A stretch of 64,000 nucleotides of DNA from a phage, in assembly GCA_026066175.1 (NCBI GenBank), contig GCA_026066175.1_4721.1. One strand, 5' to 3'. Under the pieces are notes generated by a model, which had not been told where the DNA came from, ran no database searches, and saw nothing but the letters and a program-made list of their open reading frames with translations. Each line of letters starts with the position of its first letter. Positions within the stretch are counted from its first letter, which is position 1. Of the stretch, positions 30,635-39,805 are shown piece by piece. A program made the translations under genes and the position numbers.

Positions 30635-31146
30635 AGTACACCAGTGTATTGACTGAGTGCGAAGGTTAGGAGTTCGCAACAGTCTCTCGCTAGTTTCCTT
30701 GTTTTGCGTAATCCATAAGCCGCATCCAAATCGTCACGTTCCGCCAGCGCGTCTAACCACGTCGCAAGTATGCGTCCATACTCGATAACGTCACGCATGA
30801 GAACGTCGAACTGGATAACACGACCATCGGCATCAGCAAGCCAACGATTGAATGTAATTTGTGGTGCTAATATTGCATAGGTTCTCTCCTCTAATGTTAT
30901 TATGTTTATGTTGCCTTCGTTATCGAACGCTTGATGCCAACGGCGTAGGTCAAGCATCAACGACTCAGCATCCATATACCACAACGGTAAATACGTTTTA
31001 CGTGCAACACGTATATCGTAGATGTTGTGAACCCAGGACGTTGTTTTATAGAGCAACAAGAGTTCGTTTAACCGTTGCCTATCATCTTGAAACGTCTTCC
31101 TTTTATAACGTTGGAAAGCACGCCTCAAGAAAAAGCGATGTAACAT
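30631..31146 (-). CDS. hypothetical protein
   Basis: 171 aa ORF; first gene downstream of the TATATTAC-type motif at 31237-31249. Confidence 0.6.
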   Translation of the reverse strand: MLHRFFLRRAFQRYKRKTFQDDRQRLNELLLLYKTTSWVHNIYDIRVARKTYLPLWYMDAESLMLDLRRWHQAFDNEGNINIITLEERTYAILAPQITFNRWLADADGRVIQFDVLMRDVIEYGRILATWLDALAERDDLDAAYGLRKTRKLARDCCELLTFALSQYTGVL

Positions 31147-31236
31147 GGCATCACCTATGTATCATTCTTGCAGGTATCAATGATACCGTCACAAGAAGGT
31201 AACGTTTTACGTCGCCTCCATGACTGTTATCATGAA

Positions 31237-31249
31237 GGTAATATAGTCC
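31237..31249 (-). promoter_or_regulatory. candidate early promoter motif (GGACTATATTACC on the transcribed strand)
   Basis: Plus-strand GGTAATATAGTCC, ~90 nt upstream of the minus-strand start at 31146, in a divergent intergenic region. Confidence 0.4.
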
Positions 31250-31280
31250 TGATATTTTTTTCAATACGGAGAATAGAATA

Positions 31281-31895
31281 ATGAGCGAATACGGTGTTGT
31301 CCCCGTAGATGATGAACCGCAAGAGGCACCCGATAAATTCGAGGTCCGTCTCGATGAAACTCGTAACATCCGTCAACGATTTATTCAGCGTCTTGAAATG
31401 CTGTTAGATAGCGAATTCAAGGAATTTGAGCATAATCCCGGTGCGGATAATAAAGCCATCGTTGACGTAGAAAACGTCGACCGAATCGGGAAACTATTGC
31501 TGAAATCGTTGGGTGATAATGATAAAGTCGACTTAACGCTGAAACGCATTAGTGCTGACCAGGCCATGAACGACAGCGCATTGAAAACGGCGCAGGCCCT
31601 AACCGAAACCATGCTGCGCCGCTTAGGTCAGATGGATCAACATCCTCTCGCAGCAGGGGCTGTTTATGATGGCGAAGTCGTGCAACCGGTTACACCGGAA
31701 GAGCGCGATCGTCGACTTGGTTTTGCGTCGTTGGAAGAATTCGACAGCAAAGAGTTTTCACCGGGTATTCTCATCCAGGGACGTGTTGAAGAAACCAGCG
31801 ATGCTTTTTACGCTAGAATGGCTCAACTGACGGCGTCGGTTCGTGAAGAGGTGTCTCAGCAGATGACTGCTGAGGACGCACGCGAGGGGGAATAA
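31281..31895 (+). CDS. hypothetical protein
   Basis: 204 aa ORF with GGAGAA SD; its 3' end overlaps the convergent ORF 31813..32592 by 83 nt. Confidence 0.55.
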   Translation: MSEYGVVPVDDEPQEAPDKFEVRLDETRNIRQRFIQRLEMLLDSEFKEFEHNPGADNKAIVDVENVDRIGKLLLKSLGDNDKVDLTLKRISADQAMNDSALKTAQALTETMLRRLGQMDQHPLAAGAVYDGEVVQPVTPEERDRRLGFASLEEFDSKEFSPGILIQGRVEETSDAFYARMAQLTASVREEVSQQMTAEDAREGE

Positions 31896-32592
31896 AATAA
31901 CTGAACCATTTTATTCCAAAGAACCGCATGAACATCACGGGTGCGTTAGAAAGTTCAATCGCTTCGTAAAGTTGATCGTAAGCCAGATCGGAGTCAGGAA
32001 TGGTTTCGCTGATCCGTCTGGCTACCACCAATACGTTACAAATCGGATTATCTTCCAACAGCATTTGATTCGGGAGATGCCAACGTTTGAAATCGTAAAA
32101 GAACATCGCGTTATACGTTTTACGGATTTCTGCGGGATGCATCGTCGCCGGATGACGGTAGATAATCTCGACGATATCTTGCGCACCGAGATACTGTTGA
32201 ATACCCTCTTTTAACGCAACAGCTGCATCACCGACAAACTCAAACGGGTATGTGTTGACATGAACCGAAAAATCCGGCGATGCGATACCGGTTAATCGAT
32301 CCTTCATGTAATCCGCAACCACATAACACAACCGCCACATTAACTCCGTAGGAATGCATTTATCGAGAATGGTTTCGTCGATATTTGCTAACGCGTCCTT
32401 AAACTCCTCGTAAGTATAAGTAACGCCCGCCTGTTTCTCAGGTTCCAGGTTATAGGGCCTGTAATGCCATTTCTTTCCCCACTTCCTGATCGCTTCTGGA
32501 TCCAACGTTGTCGCTACTGCCATCTCAATGTCGAGCAGCGCTTCGAGTTCGACATAAACCGTAACATACGCTGCGCTTTCAATCATCATCAC
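31813..32592 (-). CDS. hypothetical protein
   Basis: 259 aa ORF; the 4-nt overlap of its start with the upstream gene (32589) supports it being real; 3' end overlaps the convergent gene. Confidence 0.6.
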   Translation of the reverse strand: MMMIESAAYVTVYVELEALLDIEMAVATTLDPEAIRKWGKKWHYRPYNLEPEKQAGVTYTYEEFKDALANIDETILDKCIPTELMWRLCYVVADYMKDRLTGIASPDFSVHVNTYPFEFVGDAAVALKEGIQQYLGAQDIVEIIYRHPATMHPAEIRKTYNAMFFYDFKRWHLPNQMLLEDNPICNVLVVARRISETIPDSDLAYDQLYEAIELSNAPVMFMRFFGIKWFSYFIPPRVRPQQSSAETPLHEPTPSVEPF

Positions 32593-33290
32593 TCTCCAGT
32601 ATTACCCGTTAGCATCTGCGCGTCAGGCGACGTTGCCATTTTCTTCTCGTACTCTTTGGTTTGTTTGAAGACCAACTCACCGATTTCTTCCAGTTCTTCA
32701 ACGGTGACGGTATGCAAATAGAGTAGCGGAATAATCCAGGTGTTCGCATTAAGCATGTCGCGGATATCATCAACGGATGGGAGTTCGGTAAAGAACTGTT
32801 CATCAACTGCGAATAAATCCCGTGCGATGCCGTCAACGAGTTTGTGATTGCTTTCATGGATCCATGCGAAACTTTCAGCAAGATGTTCCACGAGCATTTT
32901 AATATCATCGTCCGTTGAGAACACCGTACGACGAACATGCGTTGTAAGATCCATCGTGAATCCCATCAGCGAAGGGGTATCCTCAGAACGGAGTTCGCGC
33001 CACAAACGAAGCATGTTTTCAGGGATAAACAAATCATGGATAAAGGTGACACTGAACTTCGTCACCCAATCTCGAATCGTCGCGCCTTTCGAATACTGTT
33101 GCGGCGGGGAATACAAATACACCCAGCGTTTTGTATACGCGATGACTTCCTTTCGCATCATCGCATCTAAAACAAGCACATAACGATCGGAAGCAAGTTC
33201 TTCCAATAAAAGCTCGAACGCCGTATCGCTTTCTGGAGAGAACGATCGTTTGATCTCTGCAATACGTCGTGATAACGAACTACGTAGCAT
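32589..33290 (-). CDS. hypothetical protein
   Basis: 233 aa ORF in a tightly packed minus-strand operon. Confidence 0.6.
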   Translation of the reverse strand: MLRSSLSRRIAEIKRSFSPESDTAFELLLEELASDRYVLVLDAMMRKEVIAYTKRWVYLYSPPQQYSKGATIRDWVTKFSVTFIHDLFIPENMLRLWRELRSEDTPSLMGFTMDLTTHVRRTVFSTDDDIKMLVEHLAESFAWIHESNHKLVDGIARDLFAVDEQFFTELPSVDDIRDMLNANTWIIPLLYLHTVTVEELEEIGELVFKQTKEYEKKMATSPDAQMLTGNTGE

Positions 33291-33292
33291 GA

Positions 33293-33967
33293 TTAACCCT
33301 CGTCGAGATTATTCTGGAGATGCATTGCGGTGAGAATAACGCCAACTGCTGAAACCGATTTTGCTTTACTGTCTTCCGGAAGCTGTTCCAGACTTACCGT
33401 ACCGGTTTCTAACAACATGCGGTTCATCGCGTTGAACTTCTTATCGTCACCACCACGCGCCTGCATCAACTCTCGGTTTACGTTCGGCATCGACCGTCCT
33501 AACGTCGCCTGCATTTCTGGCTGGCTCCACGTTGAGCCTTTACTGTCACCCGTTGGCTGGTTGGTCAACTGGTCTTTGGTGTTGTTGTTCTTCGGGATCG
33601 ATATCTTAGCGCTCAACGTTTCAGCTTGGCGGCGGTTAGGAATCAAATACAATCGGGTTGGACGGTCACGAAGCACCAGCTGGCCGGTCTTCTGATCGGT
33701 AAGATAAATACGTTGGAAAAAAGGAAAACCGTATTTCTTTCCCACTTCCAAGGCACGCTTTATCGTGACCTCATTTTTGTTCATGTTGGGTACCCAGATG
33801 GGGAGGATTTCTTTCTTATCCCGACATAAACGCATATAAGCATCAAACGTCTCATCATCGATTTCAGCGAAACGTTTTTTGTAAATAGCGTATGTCGGGC
33901 TCGATTCTCCCACCAGGTCTTTGATGTACCCAAGAATGAATTTCTCTGCTGCAGCGCGGTTGGACAT
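33293..33967 (-). CDS. hypothetical protein
   Basis: 224 aa ORF. Confidence 0.6.
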   Translation of the reverse strand: MSNRAAAEKFILGYIKDLVGESSPTYAIYKKRFAEIDDETFDAYMRLCRDKKEILPIWVPNMNKNEVTIKRALEVGKKYGFPFFQRIYLTDQKTGQLVLRDRPTRLYLIPNRRQAETLSAKISIPKNNNTKDQLTNQPTGDSKGSTWSQPEMQATLGRSMPNVNRELMQARGGDDKKFNAMNRMLLETGTVSLEQLPEDSKAKSVSAVGVILTAMHLQNNLDEG

Positions 33968-33976
33968 AAACGTCTC

Positions 33977-34318
33977 CTATTGTCGTGTCTGTTGCGGAAA
34001 TACCCGAAACACCTGAACAATGATGTTCTTGTCCTCGCGGTTGGCGATGTCGATCATGTGTTTTGTTCCAGGGCTCTTAAAATCCCAGAACGCGATCAAA
34101 TGCGTAATAACATCGCCCATCCACTCATTGCGTCTGAATCCAGCACCTTTACGATAAGGACCATCCCAATCAGCAGGAAACGTGGTGTATTTAAACCCGT
34201 AATCCTTCGCGTAGCGGCGCACATGCAAATCAGCGCCTGAATGCGCACCGCCAGCAATGAGATGAACTTTGTCGTGAGGAAGGTTGTGTAACATCTGGTT
34301 CATACGCTTTTCGAACAA
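33977..34318 (-). CDS. hypothetical protein (113 aa)
   Basis: ORF from track with motif GGAHSGADLHVRRYA...AGFRRNEWM; no family confidently recognised. Confidence 0.55.
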   Translation of the reverse strand: MFEKRMNQMLHNLPHDKVHLIAGGAHSGADLHVRRYAKDYGFKYTTFPADWDGPYRKGAGFRRNEWMGDVITHLIAFWDFKSPGTKHMIDIANREDKNIIVQVFRVFPQQTRQ

Positions 34319-34371
34319 GGGATAATCATCCCAGTAGCGTGATCCTGATACCCCTACACGATAGGGTTCAC

Positions 34372-34692
34372 TTATCTTCCACCGCGCAATGACTTTACGT
34401 TGCGTGCAATAAACGGTGCAACGTAGTCGCGGAAATTATGGATCCATCCTTTAATGGGTTGGTTGTCGAGCAAACATTCTCGTACTGAGAATGTGCTGAC
34501 TTCTAATACGCCAAACTGCAATCGCCAATAACGGTTAATTTCAGCTTGGGTATGTTCTAATGTCATGTACTCAGGAACACGAGCCAGCAGGTCGTGTTTA
34601 AACTGCTCGGCAATCGCGGGTTGATGCGACGCAATCGTCTGCGTAACAACATCAATCAGTTCATGCGCGTGCTTGATAGCAGGTGCTGTCAT
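34372..34692 (-). CDS. hypothetical protein (106 aa)
   Basis: ORF from track. Confidence 0.55.
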   Translation of the reverse strand: MTAPAIKHAHELIDVVTQTIASHQPAIAEQFKHDLLARVPEYMTLEHTQAEINRYWRLQFGVLEVSTFSVRECLLDNQPIKGWIHNFRDYVAPFIARNVKSLRGGR

Positions 34693-34704
34693 TTATTTAG
34701 CCTT

Positions 34705-36195
34705 TTATTTTTTGCTCGGACGATTCAGCGCAGGCACCGGATTTTTCGGTTGCTTTGTTTTTTCATCCATCCAGTACGGGAAGTATTCACCTGTACGCAT
34801 GCGCAGTAAGTCCATGGTGGAAAGGAACGGAAGCGGATTTGGGTCGTCCAGATACGTCCAATAACCACGTGTGTTTAACAGTACATCCCAGTCGAAACCT
34901 TTTGCTTTAAGATCGTCGTACAGTTCCTGTGGAGTGCAATAAAGCTGTGGGTTCTCGTAAACTTCTTGACGCCAGAGATTATGCATCTGGCACAACTCCG
35001 AGGTAATCTCCAGAGCGCGTTGCAGATATTCATCTTCCTCGCAAAGAGAACGAATGGTTGTACGCTGTAATGCAACATCCGGATAAATATCCAAATACAC
35101 CGTAGAAGCACCCTCAGCAGGTTTACCACCGGATGCATGCATACCCCAACCACGCATCCATTCTTTATCGCGTAGGTAATGGTATTCTGTTAACGACGGT
35201 TTAACGCCTTCGCTCTGACTGACGACAATCGGAAACGGTAAACCTGTCGGTCCGTTTTTAGCACGCATGTTAAAGACTTGAATCAACTGCAGATCAGTAT
35301 CCCCGATAAGGTTGTCACCAGGCCCACGCGGATAAAGGACGCGTTTATCAGCGTTCTGAAGAATCGTCAGTTTATCGATTTTCCAGAGGTTATTCGTATA
35401 AAACGTGAAGCGTTCCGGGACGTTCTTAAACTTCTCATCGCCCTTAAACCCTTTCAGTTTTCGTACCGGTTGCTGTCCCGGCATACCACCAACGTTTACA
35501 CCGTCACCAAGGTGGGCGGTCATGGTAATGTAGATACCCGCCGACGCTGTGAGTACTGGCATCTGTGATAAAATCTGGCTTTTCGCTGCTGCGGAACGCA
35601 TCGCTTCAGCATTCAGTTTTGCACCACCTGCGGTTTCTTTATCGAACAGTGCATCAACGGCATCGATTGGTAATCCAGAGAAACTGTCAATGAGGACAAC
35701 GGTCGGTAACCACCAGGTGTAGTTCTCGCCGTGTTTATTAATAAACGGAACAGCTTTACGTTGTGACTTGTCTTTAACTTTGTCATCACGGAATTTCTTG
35801 ATTGCGTCGAACCAGATGTTGCCGCTCATCTGAACAGCGTCAGTGATAAACACACGTTCTTCTTCGAACAGGTCAACACCAGCGATATTAGACATGTTCA
35901 TCGCGAGCGTGAGGATACGGGTTGTCGTTAACGACATTTCGGTGTCATAAACGCTACTGTTACTGTTAGCGTAACGATCGATAACACGTAACAAGCGAAA
36001 CATTATGAACGTGGTTTTGTTCATGTTGCCGCGAGCGCCTGCGCCCTCAACGAGCATCATGCCGCCATTACAAATGCTTTCGCCGTGCTTACCGATGTAG
36101 TACCGACCACCAGATGTGGGAATATCCATCAAGCAACCAATGTTGAGATTAAAACGCATCTCTTCACCAGGAGAAAGGTACTTATTAAGATTCAT
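34705..36195 (-). CDS. hypothetical protein (496 aa)
   Basis: Long ORF; first gene of the minus operon diverging from 36294..37136. Confidence 0.65.
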   Translation of the reverse strand: MNLNKYLSPGEEMRFNLNIGCLMDIPTSGGRYYIGKHGESICNGGMMLVEGAGARGNMNKTTFIMFRLLRVIDRYANSNSSVYDTEMSLTTTRILTLAMNMSNIAGVDLFEEERVFITDAVQMSGNIWFDAIKKFRDDKVKDKSQRKAVPFINKHGENYTWWLPTVVLIDSFSGLPIDAVDALFDKETAGGAKLNAEAMRSAAAKSQILSQMPVLTASAGIYITMTAHLGDGVNVGGMPGQQPVRKLKGFKGDEKFKNVPERFTFYTNNLWKIDKLTILQNADKRVLYPRGPGDNLIGDTDLQLIQVFNMRAKNGPTGLPFPIVVSQSEGVKPSLTEYHYLRDKEWMRGWGMHASGGKPAEGASTVYLDIYPDVALQRTTIRSLCEEDEYLQRALEITSELCQMHNLWRQEVYENPQLYCTPQELYDDLKAKGFDWDVLLNTRGYWTYLDDPNPLPFLSTMDLLRMRTGEYFPYWMDEKTKQPKNPVPALNRPSKK

Positions 36196-36293
36196 GGGGT
36201 AAAGACTCCTTCGATTCTTCGACTAATTCTTAGTGTTCAGAGAATAACTATTTTTAGTTAAGACTGACAACCGTTATTTCCACGAGGACAATC

Positions 36294-37136
36294 ATGCATA
36301 AATTTACTATTCCTGAAGACCCGATTACGTTACAGACCCTTTGGGATTCGCATCGTGCATTATCGATGGAAGGCTTCGCACAAGACTTCGCATCATTGAC
36401 TGCGGTAACAAACCTTCGTAATATGTTCACCAACGGTAAAAAGTTCGTTACCGACTGGTTGAAGAAACGCGATGTTTCAGTCTACCCTAAAGTGTTCAAC
36501 GATCTTGATGCTATCTTCGATTATAACACGTATAGCGAGCTTATCGGCTATCGTGCTTTTATCCCTAACGGTCTGAACGTACCGATGTCGGATTATGTTC
36601 CGGCGTTAACACAAAGTCTCGATAGCGTTTTAGGTACCATCTTACCTGACCTGGATAAATTGACAACAACGTGCGCTAAAGCCGTCAACGACGTTAACTT
36701 CCGTCGTAGTAGTGGTATGGCTCAAACGTTACCTAAAAACGATCCAGAGAACGTTTTAGAGACGTTACGAACGATGTTCAAACGTGGGACTGTAACACAA
36801 ACGACAGTAGGTCGCGCGTATAAGAACGAAGATGATATTCGTTTAACCGGTAAAGACCTCGATGGATCGCGTACACGCGCATTGAACGTGAATCCTAAAG
36901 ACGTGAAGAAAGCCATCGAGCGTTTCATGGAAGTCGCGGACCGTCTCACCGAGATTCTCGTTCAGGATTATAACGAAGGTGCAGTCAGCAACGCGATGAT
37001 TCGTGATATCAGTGATGCGATTTACCAGACAGCGAAACAAGCCGAGCTGTATGCGTTTCTCGTGAATGCGTTGGCTGAAGCCATCATCGCATATAACGAC
37101 ACCTGGGACGCGGTTAAAAAGAACGCGAAAAAATAA
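36294..37136 (+). CDS. hypothetical protein
   Basis: 280 aa ORF followed by the hairpin terminator at 37145-37180. Confidence 0.65.
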   Translation: MHKFTIPEDPITLQTLWDSHRALSMEGFAQDFASLTAVTNLRNMFTNGKKFVTDWLKKRDVSVYPKVFNDLDAIFDYNTYSELIGYRAFIPNGLNVPMSDYVPALTQSLDSVLGTILPDLDKLTTTCAKAVNDVNFRRSSGMAQTLPKNDPENVLETLRTMFKRGTVTQTTVGRAYKNEDDIRLTGKDLDGSRTRALNVNPKDVKKAIERFMEVADRLTEILVQDYNEGAVSNAMIRDISDAIYQTAKQAELYAFLVNALAEAIIAYNDTWDAVKKNAKK

Positions 37137-37144
37137 CATAATAA

Positions 37145-37180
37145 CCCACCCTACTACCCCATTGAGGGCGGTAGGGTGGG
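37145..37180. terminator. hairpin CCCACCCTAC-loop-GTAGGGTGGG, bidirectional terminator candidate
   Basis: Perfect 10-bp stem between convergent genes, followed by a T-rich tract. Confidence 0.55.
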
Positions 37181-37187
37181 ATAAGGT

Positions 37188-37619
37188 TTATTTGCCGTAT
37201 AGATGTACCACTCGTTGTGTCGTAGGAACGCAGACTCTTACCAGAAGCTTTTTAATCTCCTGACGAATCGTTGCTTTATCATCATAGTAAAGCCATGGCG
37301 GAACGCGCTGCATGATACGCTGCACAGCTTCATCGTAGTTCGTCGTTTCGTTAAGTAACGTCTCACTATCCAGATCTTTCCATGCAGTGATGCCCAGTCG
37401 CGCAGCAAACATCAGCGCTGAAACTGACTCCGCTATCTCCAGTCGCTCATTCATATCCGCAAGACCTTTTAGCATGATGTAATTATCATCGTGCCGATGT
37501 AAGGTACCAAACAAACTTCCAAAGAGGAGGATGCGTTTGGCTTTTGCGGTTAAGAGGAACGACAGGAGAGCGTGTTTCAACGGTTGTTTCTCACGTTCTA
37601 CCTGTTCGACCATCTCCAT
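37188..37619 (-). CDS. hypothetical protein
   Basis: 143 aa ORF. Confidence 0.6.
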   Translation of the reverse strand: MEMVEQVEREKQPLKHALLSFLLTAKAKRILLFGSLFGTLHRHDDNYIMLKGLADMNERLEIAESVSALMFAARLGITAWKDLDSETLLNETTNYDEAVQRIMQRVPPWLYYDDKATIRQEIKKLLVRVCVPTTQRVVHLYGK

Positions 37620-37622
37620 TGA

Positions 37623-39149
37623 TTACTCCAACACATAACGTGGGTTACTGTATATGTTAGCCCATATCCCCACATCGTTACCTGATTCAATAATCACAGC
37701 AAAACGAAACGCGATATCAGACTCACGATAGGTTACTGCATACGCTTTCGTTTCGGGCGATGCTAAATAGCTCAAGTTCAGACGTTGAGGCAGGTCTAAC
37801 CCCAAGGACATGGTACACGACGTAACACCTTGTTTATCAGGGTTCAGTCTGTAGTTCATGTCCACTTTCAGGCTTTTCGTCACCTGCGTAATCGCACTAT
37901 GCACTTTGGTCACCGGTTTCCCTTTCTTGTCCTTTTCTGTTTCGAAAAGCACATCGGTAATATCAGTGACAACCAAACGCGGTGTGGATTCACGGTTATT
38001 GTCCAGCCATTCATCCAGTAACGTCTTCAAGAAGTTCAAGGAATCAATCGCACGCCAAGCAAGGTTCGGTGGATTACATGCTTCCATGAGAATCGCGGTG
38101 TTCGATCCACCCAACGGAAGATGCACGCTCTTACCGAGGCCCGTTGGACGCATGGTAAGATCGCACTCGCCCTCAAGAATATCGCGATGGTATTGACGAT
38201 GATGAAGGTTATCGATGTATGCAATATACACTGATTCCGTTGTCCCATGCTCTAATACCCGAGATGCATGCATACGCATAATCTCGACAGCATCATCTGG
38301 TTTGCTTAGATAGACAACGCTATACGCACTATCGCTGATTCTTTTCCCTAATTCAAGACGTCCTTTATTATCTTTATCGGTGTTACCACCGAAGTAGATA
38401 TAGCGACCATCTTTCGCACGTTCTTGCTGCTGGTTGGTGGTGAAGTAACAGCGCGAGAACGTAAAGAACGGGCTTATTTCCGGCTCGGGGTTCCAATAAC
38501 CTTTCGCTGGAAGCTCTCGGCGTATTTGGGTTCGTACAGCCCAGTCCTGGTTTTGTGACAGATACGTTCCACGCGTCGCCAGCATATCGGCACGCTCGTT
38601 ACCGATATTGCCCTCGTGTCCAGGAACGTATCGCAGCGAAATATCGATAGCGTCGCGCTTTGCATCCCTGATTGCACTATCGAGTTTTCGCCACCGTTCA
38701 GCATTCAACAACGGTTTATTATCGGATTTCACCCAGTTGTTTTCTCGCCAGTTAGCAAGATGGTTGGTGGTACCTACAACAACATATTGGCTATCCGACA
38801 ATAGCTGAATCCGTTTTGCCCCCTTCGCTTTTCCAAGTTCAATCGCACGAATCGCTGCGTCCAACTCCGCCTGATTGTTCGTCACGTTGAAACCTAACGC
38901 TTCTAACTCATCCACGTACTCTTTGGGTTCGACCAGCACAGCGTCTTTAGGAAAGTCGAGTTTAGGATCGACGTAACCGTATTGCGTCGGTTTGGGCTTT
39001 CCACTTTTTGAAGGTTCCAAGGTGCCTTTCACTTCTTTCATCAAATCGTAGGTGTAGCCATGTACGCCATAGCCACCGTACCCACTTGACGTTGGACGGG
39101 ATCCCCCGTCACAATAGAAAACGGCACCAAGCTCGTTATTTCCTGCCAT
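37623..39149 (-). CDS. RNase HI-like domain protein fused to a ~320 aa C-terminal domain of unknown function
   Basis: N-terminal ~190 aa carry RNase H signatures: YCDGGSR (Asp1), NNQAELDAAIRAIE (Glu), LLSDSQYVV (Asp), VPGHEGNIGNERADMLA (His/Asp; cf. E. coli RNase HI VKGHAGHPENERCDELA). Start trimmed to ATG with GAGG SD. Confidence 0.7.
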   Translation of the reverse strand: MAGNNELGAVFYCDGGSRPTSSGYGGYGVHGYTYDLMKEVKGTLEPSKSGKPKPTQYGYVDPKLDFPKDAVLVEPKEYVDELEALGFNVTNNQAELDAAIRAIELGKAKGAKRIQLLSDSQYVVVGTTNHLANWRENNWVKSDNKPLLNAERWRKLDSAIRDAKRDAIDISLRYVPGHEGNIGNERADMLATRGTYLSQNQDWAVRTQIRRELPAKGYWNPEPEISPFFTFSRCYFTTNQQQERAKDGRYIYFGGNTDKDNKGRLELGKRISDSAYSVVYLSKPDDAVEIMRMHASRVLEHGTTESVYIAYIDNLHHRQYHRDILEGECDLTMRPTGLGKSVHLPLGGSNTAILMEACNPPNLAWRAIDSLNFLKTLLDEWLDNNRESTPRLVVTDITDVLFETEKDKKGKPVTKVHSAITQVTKSLKVDMNYRLNPDKQGVTSCTMSLGLDLPQRLNLSYLASPETKAYAVTYRESDIAFRFAVIIESGNDVGIWANIYSNPRYVLE

Positions 39150-39199
39150 TGTAAACCTCATTAATCATTGTCCGTATGATAGCCCAAAGTTGTACGGTA

Positions 39200-39751
39200 T
39201 TACCGATTCTGTTCTGTTGATGTCGATTGATTGCGATTAACCTTCATTGACTGTAGTTTTCCTCCATTAATCACGCACTGATTGCGTTGTTCAACAGTAG
39301 TGAGGCTATTGCAGACATAGTAAGTATCAATGAAACGATCCACGCGTTCTTGAAACTTCCTTTCATCAGCTTGTTCTCGTTCGTAAGTTCGTAACGCACG
39401 ATCAACTTCACCCTGCAGGATCCGGTTCTGTTCAACCATACTGTCGATTAAACGGCCTCTTACTTCGTTCGATGTGTAGAGTTGACGAATCAGTTCTCGG
39501 TTGGTATCACGCGCATAACGCAATGTTGCATTCTCCTGACGTAAGCTATTAACATCAGCCATCAAGGTAATGATTTTTTCGCCAGCAAATAACGTCACGA
39601 TACCCAATACGATGAAAAAACCCGTAATCAAGAATATCGAGGACTGCCGAGCTCCATCTCGACGAGAACGTGCAGGCGGTCGCTTACTTCGCCGAAACAG
39701 CTCGCGAAGAAAAGGGAAAAGCCAGGGCAACGCCTTGAGTGTAGTAAACAT
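39200..39751 (-). CDS. predicted membrane protein with one TM helix and a coiled-coil-like C-terminal region
   Basis: ORF track 39200..39895 trimmed to ATG (MFTTLKALPW...) with AAGGA SD; IFLITGFFIVLGIVTLFAG hydrophobic helix, then a heptad-like charged region. Confidence 0.5.
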   Translation of the reverse strand: MFTTLKALPWLFPFLRELFRRSKRPPARSRRDGARQSSIFLITGFFIVLGIVTLFAGEKIITLMADVNSLRQENATLRYARDTNRELIRQLYTSNEVRGRLIDSMVEQNRILQGEVDRALRTYEREQADERKFQERVDRFIDTYYVCNSLTTVEQRNQCVINGGKLQSMKVNRNQSTSTEQNR

Positions 39752-39805
39752 GCGTGTGTCCTTGATAGTATGAAATTTCCAATACAACTTAACCGAGGAC
39801 GTCGA

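Noticed and set aside
31237-31249. Possible group I intron S element (AUAUAGUCC) on the plus strand
   Set aside because: No partner R element (GUUCA..GACUA) upstream on the same strand and no interrupted gene; the motif fits the recurrent GTAATATAG(C/T)C promoter-like motif instead.
34705-36195. Possible P-loop ATPase call for the 496 aa protein (GAGARGNMNKTT)
   Set aside because: The segment does not fit the Walker A consensus GxxxxGK[ST] and no Walker B was seen; left as hypothetical.
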